From assembly GCA_038087875.1 (NCBI GenBank), contig CM075990.1, positions 5,582,001 to 5,646,000 of the forward strand: DNA of 64,000 bases. The letters are read 5' to 3'. Origin of the DNA: Malacoraja senta (lineage: Eukaryota). The position numbers and the translations under genes are program-made. The notes under the pieces are model-generated. The model saw only the letters and a program-made list of their open reading frames with translations. It was not told the DNA's origin and did no database searches. Below, piece by piece: positions 50,031-62,231 of the stretch; the stretch's first letter is position 1; each line of letters begins with the position of its first letter.

Positions 50031-51852
50031 GGGGACATATCTGTCTAATCCTTTCCTATCCATCCACCTGTTCAAGTGTCTTATAAATGTCATCACATAT
50101 CTGCCTCAACTACCTCTTCTGGCACTCGTTCCATATACCCACCAATCTCTAAGTGGAGATGTTGCCTCTCAGGTTTGTATTAAATCTTGTCCCTCTCACC
50201 TTTAAATATATGTCCTCTTGTTTTTGATTGCACTACCTTGGGTTAAAGACTCTGTGCATTGTAAAACATTCTGAAATGTAAAAGACTCGTTGCACAATGA
50301 ATTTATACCTTTCTTGGTTAATATTTATCTATTTTCAACATTTCCCCCGAAACAACAGATTACTTGCTGATTGTCATTTCTTGAATCTTTCTCTCTGCAA
50401 GTTGGTTGCTGCATTCCCATTATTTTAACATTAGCAATAACTCAAAGATACTTTATTGGCTGTAAACCATTTTGGAATGTACTGAGAGGGAAAGCGGAAT
50501 GACAATAGAAAATAGACAATAGGTGCAGGAGTCGGCCATTCTGCACTTCTGACTCTGCTATTTTTAAGAGCCCTATCTAGCTCTCTCTTGAAAGCATCCA
50601 GAGAACCTGCCTCCACCGCCCTCTGAGGCAGAGAATTCCAGAGACTCACCACTCTGTGAGAAAAGTGTTTCCTCGTCTCCGTTCCAAATGGCTTACTCCT
50701 TATTCTTAAACTGTGGCCCCTGGTTCTGGACTCCCCCAACATCGGGAACATGTTTCCTGCCTCTAGCGTGTCCAAGCCCTTAACAATCTTATATGTTTCA
50801 AATGACCATGTTAACCCAAGCCTGCTTTTTCATGTTAGGTGCCACTTTTGATAAATCTAAAGAAAACATTATTTGTATTTATGGAATGTGATTCTTGCTG
50901 GCTCAGTTGCCATATCCTGTGATTGCCTCATTGCCAGAACCTGTGTCACTTCTTTATATAATTACATAAATGCATCCTCAAAATTAAAGGGAATCCTTTA
51001 TTATTGAATTATTATTGCAATATTATTGAATTTGTGAACAAAGTTTATGGTACAGATCCATGTCTAAGGATAGTAGAGTTGCTGCCTTGCAGAGCCAGAG
51101 ACCCAGGTTCGATCCTGACTACAGGTGCTGTCTGTACTGAGTTTGTACATTCTCCCTATTTCCACGTAGGTTTTCTCCGGTTTCCTCCCACACTCCAAAG
51201 ACGTACCGGTTTGTTGGTTGAAGGTGGGCACAGAATGCTGGAGTAACTCAGCGGGTGAGGCAGCACCTCTGGAGAGAAGGAATGGGCGATTTTTCGAGTC
51301 GAGACCCTTCTTCAGTCTGGAGATGGGTCTCGACCTGAAACATCGCCCATTCCTTCGCTCCAGAGATGCTACCTCATCTGCTGAGTTGCTCCAGCATTTT
51401 GTTTCTACCTTCGATTTAAAGCAGCATCTTCAGTTCTTTCTTACACAGGTTTGTAGGTTAATTGTAAATTGTGTAGATTAGTGCTAGTGTACATAGATTA
51501 GTGCTAGTTGGCATGGACACGGTGGGCTGAAGGGCCTGTTTCCATGCTGTGACTCTAAAATCGAAAGTTTCTTTGACCTGAATGTTTGCTCTGACCTGAA
51601 TCAATGTTTTTGATGATCATTTCCTTGTTTAACATGCTGATTGTCGCACTCCATAAAGAAAGGTCCATTCACATATTGATTTCCATGATGTGTATATACT
51701 TTGTCCTTGGCTCTAGTGCCTGAACATGGTGACTCCATACTTCACCACAACCAGCAGACGATTCTGCTACTTGGCTAGCAAAATGAAAGCAGATCTTTTC
51801 CAAAGTATTCTTTGCAACCACCATATTTATACCGATCCTTTTTTTCTTCCAG

Positions 51853-52004
51853 GAGACCCCAAATCTCTTGCTTCTGCAGGACACCAAAAGACCACCTCCT
51901 GCGTTAGTCTTCAGCTGTCAAGTTGGAGTTGGCCGGACGAATTTAGCAATGATCCTGGGAATTCTCGTGCTGTATCACAGGACAGGCTTTCCTGAAAAGC
52001 TGGG
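51853..52004 (+). CDS. PALD1: Paladin exon carrying a CX5R phosphatase loop
   Basis: ttccag|GAG ... GG|gtgagt. Encodes ETPNLLLLQDTKRPPPALVFSCQVGVGRTNLAMILGILVLYHRTGFPEKL(G); CQVGVGR is the CX5R motif. Confidence 0.95.
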
Positions 52005-52967
52005 GTGAGTAGGCATTTAATTATCCAGGTGTATTCGCAACTATTTAAAAACTGTAAATATAGATAAGGTATCTCTTGCCATAAGAATTCCAAAATGTTT
52101 GATGTTTCTGGGGAACTTCCCTTCAGGTTCATAACTTGATGTTTGAACTGTTATTGGAATCTCCTTTGAAATTTGTCTCTTGCCATCTATATTCAGCTTG
52201 GCTGTGTTGGGATAACCTTTAGGCATAAAGGTTGTTGTTCAATTCCTCATGGTAGAACTTCAGTACATTATCTCACCTGACATTCTTGTCCTACATGGAG
52301 ATTGGTGCAGTGCCTGAGGTGCTGTGTGTCAGATGAGATCTTAAAATGCGATTTCATTCTTCTGCTCGGGTGCAGATTAAAAATTCCCTGCCCCTGTTTG
52401 CAATGTAGAGTAGAGGGTAGTTAATGCTACCCTCTCCTCACAACTTTGCTGACCTGGGTTCAATTCTGACCCCGGGTGCTGTCAGTGTGGAGTTTGCATG
52501 TTCTCTCTCTGTGAACGTGTGGGTGTCTGGGTGCTCCAATTTCTTCCAACATCCCCAAAATTTGCTGTTGGGCCAATTGCCAACTTTGAATTACTGCATA
52601 AATGGGGAAATAAATCAAAGGAGTGTTGCTGGACATATGTTAGAAAAGTATTAATCGTAGGGGTAGAGGAGAGTAAGTAGAGAGGAACAGGACTGATGGA
52701 ATTGGTTGACGAGGAGACCGCATGAACTGTTGGGCCGAATGGTCTCTTTCTCAGTTGTTACAATATAAATTTAACGGCCAATATTCCATTCATAACCCAC
52801 CCTGGTCATCCATCCCATTTTTCCAAGTGGAATCTATGTTTTTGTTGACATAGTTTGTACTTCTGGAATAATTGATTGATTATAAATCATATGGATGAAA
52901 GGATGTTCTCAGAAACTGTATGTGTGCAAGCTTTTCATTCTTAAATCAACCCATTTGTTCTCTGTAG

Positions 52968-53064
52968 AGCTGACCAGAATGGCAGTGTTAAAAAGAGGGA
53001 GCCATTGCGGGTTATACAAAACTTTGCCAAGGCCCTACCTAAGGGACAACAAATTGTGGAAGAG
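52968..53064 (+). CDS. PALD1: Paladin internal exon
   Basis: ctgtag|A ... GAG|gtcagt, phase consistent. Encodes ADQNGSVKKREPLRVIQNFAKALPKGQQIVEE. Confidence 0.88.
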
Positions 53065-54995
53065 GTCAGTGCTACTTTTGCTGTTTAAAGATGTAATCAT
53101 GATTTTCTAAGAATTTCAGTTCCCCTAATGAGAACGTTAGCAGAGTTCATTAGCTGTAAATATATAATTCTGATTCTCAGCACTTTTATCCTTGCATTTA
53201 AAACCCTACAAGGTCTTGCACCTCCATTTCTGTGATTTCTTCCATGTATAGTCCATTCATCTTATTGAACACTGACTTCCCCTGCTCTTCCCACCACTTT
53301 GGTCACCACCTCCTAGTCTGAAGAAGGGCCTCGACCCAAAACATCACCTATTCCTTTTCTCCAGAGATGCTGCCTGACATGCTGAGATACTCCAGCTTTT
53401 TGTGCCTATCTCCTTCTTTATCTTGGGCGGGCTCACGGATTTGACCTAGTTTCTCACCACTTCTCAGGAGTGTGGAATTACTCTGTAGAGGAATGACAGA
53501 ATTTAGAATAGGCCCTCAGCCCAACTCGGCCATACCGACTAATATGCCAATTTAAACCACCACATTTGCCTATGCTTGGCCCATTTCCATCGAAATCTTT
53601 CCAATCTATGTTGCTGCCCAAATGACTTTTATATATTGTAATAATTGCACCCACCTCAAAAACTTCATCTGAATCTCCTGTAATTCATTTTTCCTTTTGA
53701 TCCTCTGCCATTCATTTGGAATTTATGGAAAAAGGATTACTGCTGCGTTTGATTACTTTTGCATTTGTTGCTGAATTATGGAGCTGTGAATTTAGTAAAT
53801 TTTATATAGCTGTTTAATCCTAGGTTGATAAATATTTCCACATCTCTCAGAAAGACGTTGTTCAGCCCATGCCAAATATAGGCCTTTTCAAAGACCCATT
53901 CTTCATAATTTCCTGTGCTTTCAATACAATTGTGACTTTTTTTCAAACATTTATCTCATTCGCTTTTGTAAATTACTTTTGAAAAAAGATACTAGGTAAG
54001 TTACTTATAAGCATAATTCTTCTTGCCTTCTTACTAGTTTTTTTGCGAATTTCTTTCAATTTGTTTTCTCTTGTGACTGACCATGCTCCCAGCGTAAACC
54101 AACTCTCATTTATTTTGTGATATCCTTTTGTAACAATTCCACTAAGTTTGCTGGTAGACCTTCCCCACTCGTAACAAGGGCAGATTCCCCCTTGTCCTCA
54201 CCTTCCCCCCACTTGTAACAAGGGCAGAGTCCCCCTTGTCCTCACCTTCCCCCCTAGCAGCTGTCACATACAACAAATAATCCTCCGACATTTTCGCCAC
54301 CTCCAACGTGATCCCACCACTTACCTCCTCCTTCCACTAAGTTTGCTGGTGCCTTCTCCAAACTTCTAAACAAACTTCACCATCTAACTGTTCCCACCGT
54401 ATCGCTGGAATAAATCTCCTCCAATATAATGTGCCACATTTGATATTGGATATAAGGGGCATAAATAACCCTTGATGGCTCAGTACATGAGATATCATCG
54501 TGGTAATATGCCGTGGGAATGCAGGTGCTCCACAGAGTTCATATCTCTGTTATTGCTTGATACATTGGAGTAAATGCTGAGGTTATCTCCAAAGTTCCCC
54601 TGATTATCATCAGCACGTGCTTAGATGTTTGGTGAGTGTACCCAGGGTCATAGTAGATGCTTAGATTTGCTGACCAGGTGTGCTCACCTAGATTGTGTAG
54701 AACAGTACAGCACAGTAACAGGCCCTTCAGCCCACAATGTTCGGTGAGTGCAGCCAAGGTCATACTAGATGTTCCAATTTGCTACCCAGGTGTGCTCATT
54801 CAGATTGATAGGAACAGTACAACACAGGTACAGACCCTACGGGTCACAATGTTCGTGCCAAACCTGTTGCCAAGTTAAATTAATTTCTTCAGCCTTTACA
54901 TGACACTTCCATCGCTCCTGGCAACTAGTTCCAGCAACTGTCGCTCTCTATGGGGAGGAAAAAAGAAACTTGCCCCCCATATCTCGCGCCCACAT

Positions 54996-55320
54996 GGGGG
55001 CGGTCACGGCGGCGCAGCGGTAGAGTTGCTGCCTTACAGCGAATGCAACGCCGGAGATCCGGGTTCAATCCTGACAATGGGTGCTGTCTGTACGGAGTTT
55101 CTATGTTCTCCCCGTGACCTGCGTGGGTTTTCTCCAAGATCTTTGGTTTCCTCCAACGCTCCAAAGACGTACAGGTTTGTAGGTTAATTGGCTTAGTAAA
55201 TGTAAAAATTGTCCCTAGTGGGTGTAGGATGGTGTTAATGTGCAGGGATCGCTGGTCAGCACGGACTCGGTGGGCCGAAGGGCCTGTTTCCATGCTGAAT
55301 CTCTAAACTAAACTAAACTA
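54996..55320 (+). mobile_element. tRNA-derived V-SINE (HE1-like) with CR1-type tail; other copies at about 4277-4525(-), 20160-20450(-), 21335-21625(-), 23000-23292(+), 43565-43922(+), 46845-47215(+), 51070-51560(+), 62960-63180(-)
   Basis: A-box-like ggcggcgcagcgg and B-box ggttcaatcc; V-domain-like ctgtctgtacggagttt...ttctccccgtgacctgcgtgggtt; tail gggccgaagggcctgtttcc shared with the CR1 3' ends; (CTAAA)n terminus. Confidence 0.85.
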
Positions 55321-57030
55321 ATCTCCTTTAAACTTTCCCCTCTTAGCATAAAGATATGCCCTCCAATCTTTGACATTTCCACCCTTTGGAAAAAGGTTCT
55401 ATACCTGTCTATACCACTCACAATTTCATATATACTTCTATTAGGTCTCCCCTCAGTCTCTGATGCACCAGAAAAAAACAATTTCAGTTTGACTATACAT
55501 ATGCTAATGCCCAAATCCAGACAGCCTTGTGGTAAACCACTTCAGCAACTTCTCCAGACTCTCCAGACCCATCCTGTGATGAAGTGACCAAAACTTCACA
55601 TAAAACTCTAAATGTGGCCTAACCAATGTCTTATAAAGTTGCAACATGACTTCCGGACTCTTACACTCAATGCACCAACCGGCGAAGCTAAGAATACCAT
55701 ATGACTTCCTTACCACTGTGTCTACTTGTGTTGTCACTTCCAGGAAGCTATGGAGTTGGATCCCAAGACCCCTTTGTATATCAATGCTGTTAACGATCTT
55801 GCCATTAACCACCAGGAGCGCCGCGTGATTGGCAGTCCCGCCAACAGTCTGTTTTTTCGTCTTTTTAATTTTTTTTAAAATGTGTGTTAAAAGTCTGTGT
55901 GAATGTTCTCCGGTTTGTTTTATGTGGGGGAGGGGGAGGGGGTCGGGGGAAATTTTTGTTTTGTTTCTTACCATGCCGGAGATGCGATTATTTTCCGGAT
56001 CGCATTTCCGGTCGCTCTGCGGACTACCATCGATTGAGCTGGAGGCCTCCTCGGACTGACTTTGTGTCCCACCGCGGGGCGTGGACTTAACAGCGGAGCC
56101 GATCCCTTGCCTGGGATCATTCCAACCGTGGCCTGCGGACTTACCATCAAGGGCTCGCAATCTTGGGAGAGGCCAAGGCGGGAGCTCCAATGGTGCAGAG
56201 GCTCGACCAGCCCCGACATGGGGTCCGATCGCCGGTGCGGGGGAGCTGAATTCCCCCCTCCCCCCTGATGCAGGAGCTGATCGCCCCGATGCGCAGGGCG
56301 CGACCTTCGGCCATGGGAGTCAAGATCGTCCCGTCGAAAGGAAGGCTCGAGGCCCCCCGACCATGGGAGAGCATAGAAGGGAAGAAATTTGAACTTTTTT
56401 TCGTCTTCCATCACAGTGAGGAATGTGGAGGAGTCACTGTGGTGGATGTTTATGTTAAAATGTATTTTGTGTGTTCTGTTGCTTTTTATTTGGTATGACT
56501 GACTTGGCAAATGAAATTCCTCGTATGTTGCAAAACATACTTGGTTAATAAAGTATTATTGTGATTGTGTGATTGACTGTGATATACTTTCCTGTTGCAT
56601 TCAACCTCCCAAAATGCACACCTCGTACTCCATCTGCCATTTCTCTGTCCATTTCTGTAGCTGATCTATATATCGCTGTATTGGTTGACAACCTGCTTCA
56701 CTGTCTACATTTCTCCCATCTTTGGTGTTGTCTGCAAACTTACTAACCAACCCACGTACATTTATGTCCAAGTCATCTAAGTCACACACACCAGACATCC
56801 CCAGCTCAAATACCTGTGAAACTCCACTGGTAACTCCACTGGTAAAAAACCTCCAGCCAGACGAATACACTTCCGTCACGACTCTATGAGTTAGCCAGTT
56901 GTGAATCCAAATGATGTAGTCACCATGGATCCCATGCATCCTAATCGTCTGGATCAGCTAACCATGAAGGATTTAATCAAATGCCTTACTAAAATCCACA
57001 TAGACAACAACCACTGTCCTGCCCTCAGTG
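55321..57030 (-). mobile_element. CR1 LINE RT/3' fragment split by a SINE-like insertion
   Basis: VSKFADNTK, WQME and LQLYKTLVRPHLE motifs on the minus strand, on both sides of 55811-56583. Confidence 0.85.
55811..56583 (+). mobile_element. SINE-like non-autonomous retroelement with Rex1-like tail
   Basis: Interrupts a CR1 fragment, which defines both of its ends. Layout shared with 38148-38970. Confidence 0.7.
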
Positions 57031-57121
57031 GTCATCTTTTGGACTTATTTTAGCAAGGACAGCAGAGATGACAAACACACCTGGGCAACCTGCTTACATC
57101 TCATGTATTTCCTTCAATCAG

Positions 57122-57226
57122 GTGGATTCAGCCATTGTACACTGTTCCGAAATGCACGACATTAAAGAAACAATCTATGAATACAAGCAGAAGTTGGAGG
57201 CCATTGGGGAGACTTGCCAAGTTCAG
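57122..57226 (+). CDS. PALD1: Paladin internal exon
   Basis: aatcag|GTG ... CAG|gtaagt. Encodes VDSAIVHCSEMHDIKETIYEYKQKLEAIGETCQVQ. Confidence 0.92.
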
Positions 57227-59087
57227 GTAAGTCAGACCCTGGGAAAATGCAAATTTTTAGGACAAAGGAACACATGTAAAAGGCAGTAAAGCAACTGAAG
57301 TGTTTAGTCACTTCCATGAAGTGAGGTATTTAAGCAGCTCTTAATAATGCAGAGCATGGCAGTGGGTCAGTGATGTGGACCAGGAGTTTGGAGATGGATG
57401 ATCATGGATATTGCACATTTAAAGTGAAATTGGTATCTCTGGAGGGTGATGAATGGAAACTAAATCAGATAAACTTCTGATTATTGCTTGAAATCAGGAG
57501 CAGAATTATGGTAGGTTGACAGTCTGACTATCCTCCTTTTAAAATGTCATCTTTATATGCCTCGTCATCTTTCCCTAGCTAACAATGATCTATTCTACAT
57601 TTTCCATTAACTTCGTCCCCTTTGCTATCCCATTTTCACACCTTACCCTTCCATATCTCTGTCTCCCCTTCTCTCCTGACTCTCAGTCTGAAGATGTCTC
57701 AACCTGAAATGTCACCCATTCCTTCTCTCCAGGGATGTTGCCATAGTTACTCCAGCATTTTGTGTCTATCTCCAGAACTATGGAGTGCAGTGCCGTGGTG
57801 TTAGAGCCTTCACTTTCTAGATTAATATAGAAGTGGATATCTGCCATGGCAGAACCAAACACAAGAAAAATCCAGCCCATTTCAAGAGCAAGGAAGAAGC
57901 GTGAGAGAAAGGAAGGTTTAAAAAGAGCTTGACTGAAATTATTCAATAGTTGGTTCTATTCCAAGAAAGTGAACTATCTAAATCTGATACTGTATTTTAA
58001 TGTAAGTGGATTTAAGTGAAAGAGATTTGATTGCAGATTTGGTCAGATACAAAATAGCACAAAACCTCAGGATAGATTTATGTTAGGATGTGATCTGGAG
58101 ATATATATTATTATGATGCAATTAAATTGGCAGTAAAGCTATTTACATGGTGGTGTGTAGGAAAGAACTGCAGATGCAAGTTTAAATCGAAGATAGACAC
58201 AAAATGCTGAAATCACCCATTTCTTCTCTCCAGAGATACTGCCTGTAACACTGAGTTACTCCAGCATTTTGTGTCTATTCACATGGCGGTTTACTCGGAG
58301 TTGTAACGGATGGCAGATTTACTTTTTCAGTGCAGAGCTAGATACAATAGGAGTAGCTAGATGTGTTTGGACTGATGACAAGCATTTAAATATCCTATGT
58401 ATAGTGCAGCAAACTAATGGAAGCTGAGATCCTGTACACAAAGCTTTCATGTTAAATTAAAACATGTACTCTTTCATATAAAATAGCCACCTCATTAAAG
58501 GCAACCTATGGATTAATGCATTCTCGTTCACTGGCTGTTCCTACTGACCAATTGAGTGTTTGGTAGAATTGCGTATTAATACTTGGCTTCCTTTGAATCT
58601 TTTTTTGAAGCTGTAAGATATAAAATTGGATGTTTTGGATTAATAAAGAATTGATTTACTGGTATGGATATGTTTTACTGGTTTACGACTGCCCTGCGTA
58701 GAATAATTTCTAGTAATGAATTATAAAAGAATTCTTTCTCAACTTGAAATGTGGTATTTCACAAAGAGCAGTCAAAGTGAGTGGAATTTTGAAAATGTGG
58801 TTGGCTGTAAAGTAGTTAATGGAATGGTAATATCAGGTATTGTGCGCTGTGTGGCAGGCTTATTCTACGCAAACAGTTTCATTGCATGATACTGAAGGGA
58901 ATAACAACAACATTTTAGTGCAAATGAAATAGTTTCTTCGAAGGCCTCATGTAATTAGACATGCTTAATGTTGTCGGGAGTTTTGAGAATTATAAGGAAG
59001 ATGAGTAGGTTATAGTTTGGTTGACCCTGGAACTCACATGCTGGGGAGCATGATGGGAAAATGGCCAGGATAGAATGTAGTTAAAAT

Positions 59088-59484
59088 CAAAGATCCTATA
59101 GCGGAGCAATATAGACCGCTCCTTCTAAATGCAATGGGCTGACGTGTAGTACGCAACGGAACGGAACGAAGGTCTTTTTTTCATCCATTTCCGTAACCCA
59201 ACCCGACTCGCAGTGTAATCAACGTTGCGGGGGAACTGTTTGCGTTAATAAATTAAAATTAGGAAAATGAGGAGGATTTTTACCAAATAACTTTTATTTT
59301 TACGAGGATGTTTCCGTAACCGGCTTCTGTCTCTGCACTAGTATCTTTGCTCCGCTATGGGATCTTTGGTGCGGAGACGGAAGCCGGTTACGGAAATTGG
59401 GTAAAAAATGACCCTTGAATCTGCCCATGACCGTACTACGTCTTTTTCGTCGAGTGATCTATCTTGCTCGCTATAGGATCTTTG
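59088..59484. mobile_element. Non-autonomous hAT-type DNA transposon
   Basis: TIR CAAAGATCCTATAGCG...CGCTATAGGATCTTTG with a perfect 8-bp duplication GTTAAAAT (59080-59087 and 59485-59492). Confidence 0.82.
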
Positions 59485-61094
59485 GTTAAAATAGCTAAAG
59501 CTGAAACATTCTGCTGAGAAGCAGGCTTTCTTATCCAAAAGGGGGGGGGGGGGGAGGAAGGATAGTCCTTCGTTGTTCTGTCTAGGTTCTTATCTGTTGC
59601 AATCTTGAGATGACAGCTGCTCTTTGTCACAGTGTTTAGCAGGCAAGTCTCCCAAAGGTTAACAAATGACATCTTTTACAAGGGGACTTCATATGGTGAG
59701 TAGGATCTGGACATTTAAGGTATCTACATGTTGGATGTATGGGAGGATTTACAGCACAACAAGAAACGTAAGATTACAAAGTTAACTCTGGCGAAAGACA
59801 AAGATGAAAGGTTACAGACACATTGAATAATGATGGTTTATTTCAACTCCACAAGTAACCAGTGTGTCATGAGGATATAAAAAGCCTAGTTACTGTAGCT
59901 TTATTGAAGCAGTTCAAGCTTGCTCGTACTGTTTCCCGATGTACATTGCTAAGCTGACTTGTTCGATAGACTCACCACTGATCTATGAGCTGTTTTATTT
60001 TGTGGCTGTGCCTATCCGAGTAGTCAGAAATAGGGCACGGGTATAGTACAGAATTCCCTCCTACACTTACTACTCGGAATCAGTGACCCCCACGGTCTGG
60101 TCAATGTGCCATTCCCTCAGTGTTAAACCATGTTACATGCAGCAGCCTTCCCTGAAAGCCACATTGTCAACAGGGCCTCACGTCGGTGATGTGTGGGAAG
60201 TGGATCTGCAGATCAGAATGTGCTTATGATCTGCTGCTCCGTGATCTGCTCCACATCCGGAATAAAGTGCGTTTTATCTGGAGTGTGATGTACATGTACA
60301 TGTCTCCCATCAGTTCTTTTTCACTATATTTCAGCATGCACTATATTGAGAAAGATAGTTGAGATGATTTATACAATCATGCAGCATAACACAGAGCATT
60401 CAGCCTGCTGTGTGTGCTGGCCCTTTGATCTCTCAGCTTTCCGTGTCCCTGCAGTTTTTCCCTTTCGAAGAGTGACCCAATTGTCTTTTGGGGGACACTA
60501 TCAAATTGGTTCCACCACATTATAAAGGAAAATATCTAAGGTAGACAAAAAATGCCAGAGAAAGGTCTCAACCCGAAACGTCGCCAATTCCTTCTCTCCA
60601 TAGAGGCTGCCTCACCCACTGAGTTTCTCCAGCATTTTTTGTCTACCTTCGATTTTTCCAGCATCTGCAGTTCTTTATTAAACAAGGAAAATATCTAGAT
60701 CATAGCAAGCTGTGGTGCAAAGTAATAATCATCTCATTGCACCTCTTGTCTATTGCCCATTACCTAAACTGATGTACTTTGTTTTCTGACCCTCTAATTC
60801 TTGATTAGTACGGGTGTCAGAGGTTATGAATGAGAAGGCAGGAGAATGGGGTTAAGAGGGGAAGATTGAATGGCAGAGTAGACTTGATGGGCCGAATGGC
60901 CTAATTCTACTCCAATCACTTATGACCTTATGACCTCTGACACCTAACACTGTTGTGTCTGAGATCCACTCCATAACTAACTGTAAACTTTTTCATGGCC
61001 ATTATGCTTGCATTCTTGTCTGACCTTCTCCTTCTCATGACCTCTGATGAGCTACAAACATGATTGCCTTTATTTTTATTTCTTGTCCTTTTAG

Positions 61095-61190
61095 GGAAAT
61101 GGCACCAAGGAATATTTTCTGCAGAGAGTACTGCAGAGCACAGAGTGTTATTTCTACCTTGTAATTTTTAACTACTATCTTCATGAACAG
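61095..61190 (+). CDS. PALD1: Paladin internal exon
   Basis: ttttag|GGA ... CAG|gtacgt. Encodes GNGTKEYFLQRVLQSTECYFYLVIFNYYLHEQ. Confidence 0.93.
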
Positions 61191-62231
61191 GTACGTGCAT
61201 TGGACATGTTTCATTATTTCCGAGCTGTAGTCCGCACAGTAAAACATCCAGTATATGGAGCAAAACATAAAGTGCTGGAGGAACTCTGCGGGCCAGGCAG
61301 CATCTGAGAAGTGAATGGGCGGATGGCATTTCGGACTGCAGAGTAGTTCCAACCTGAAACAGTGTCTGTACATTTCCTCCGCAGATGTTGTGTGACGAAC
61401 TGAGTAATTCCAGCATTTTGTGTTGGTTCAAGACTCCAGGATCTGCAGTTTCTTGTGTCTTCATGTTTAAGTTACATTTATTGTTACATGCACCAGTTGG
61501 TACAGTGAGATTTGAGTTACCATACAGCCATACGAATAAAACGAACACAATACACAATATAATTTAACATGAACATCCCCCACAGCGGAATCGATGTTCC
61601 CACTGTGAGGGAAGGCAATAAAGTTCTGTCACCTTCCTCACTGTTCACCCATGGTCTGGGCACCCACAGTGTATTGTCAGCTTCAGCACTTTGACACTAT
61701 CCTGTTGTTCAGTTATAACTCCAGATTGTAATGAGCTTCATCCAGCTGTGAGTGGAGACATGAGCCAGTGAAGCATTTATTGCTGCGATTGGGATTGAAT
61801 AGTGTTGTATGTTTCTGATGGATTAGAGGGGGAGAAAGCTGGCAAAGAGAGGTGAGTGGAGGGGGTAGGGTAGTAAGCGACCCCATCACTTACCCTCTAT
61901 TCCAGCAGTGTCTTGACATAAAGAGCCAAGGTTAAGTCAAAATACAGGCAGAAAGTTACAAATGTGAGTTATACACATCAGTCAGGGCTTCTCTTGGTAA
62001 AATCCACAAATGCAAGGAAACTGCTTCCCTCGTGTTGAATGAAGCAAAATTAAATTTGAGGCCTTTATCCATTCCCACAGAGCCATCTAAACCACCTTGG
62101 GCTAACTGCTAGTTAATAGGTTTAGGAATAAATTAGATAATAAACAGATCAATAGCATTTGAAGAGTTGCGAGTTTGGAGATTCTGCCCTGTGATCTATT
62201 GCCAACAACTAATTCATGTGTTACCTTCCAG

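Noticed and set aside
54996..55075. tRNA-like A/B boxes as a tRNA gene
   Set aside because: They are SINE heads continuing into a V-domain and LINE-type tail; no complete cloverleaf.
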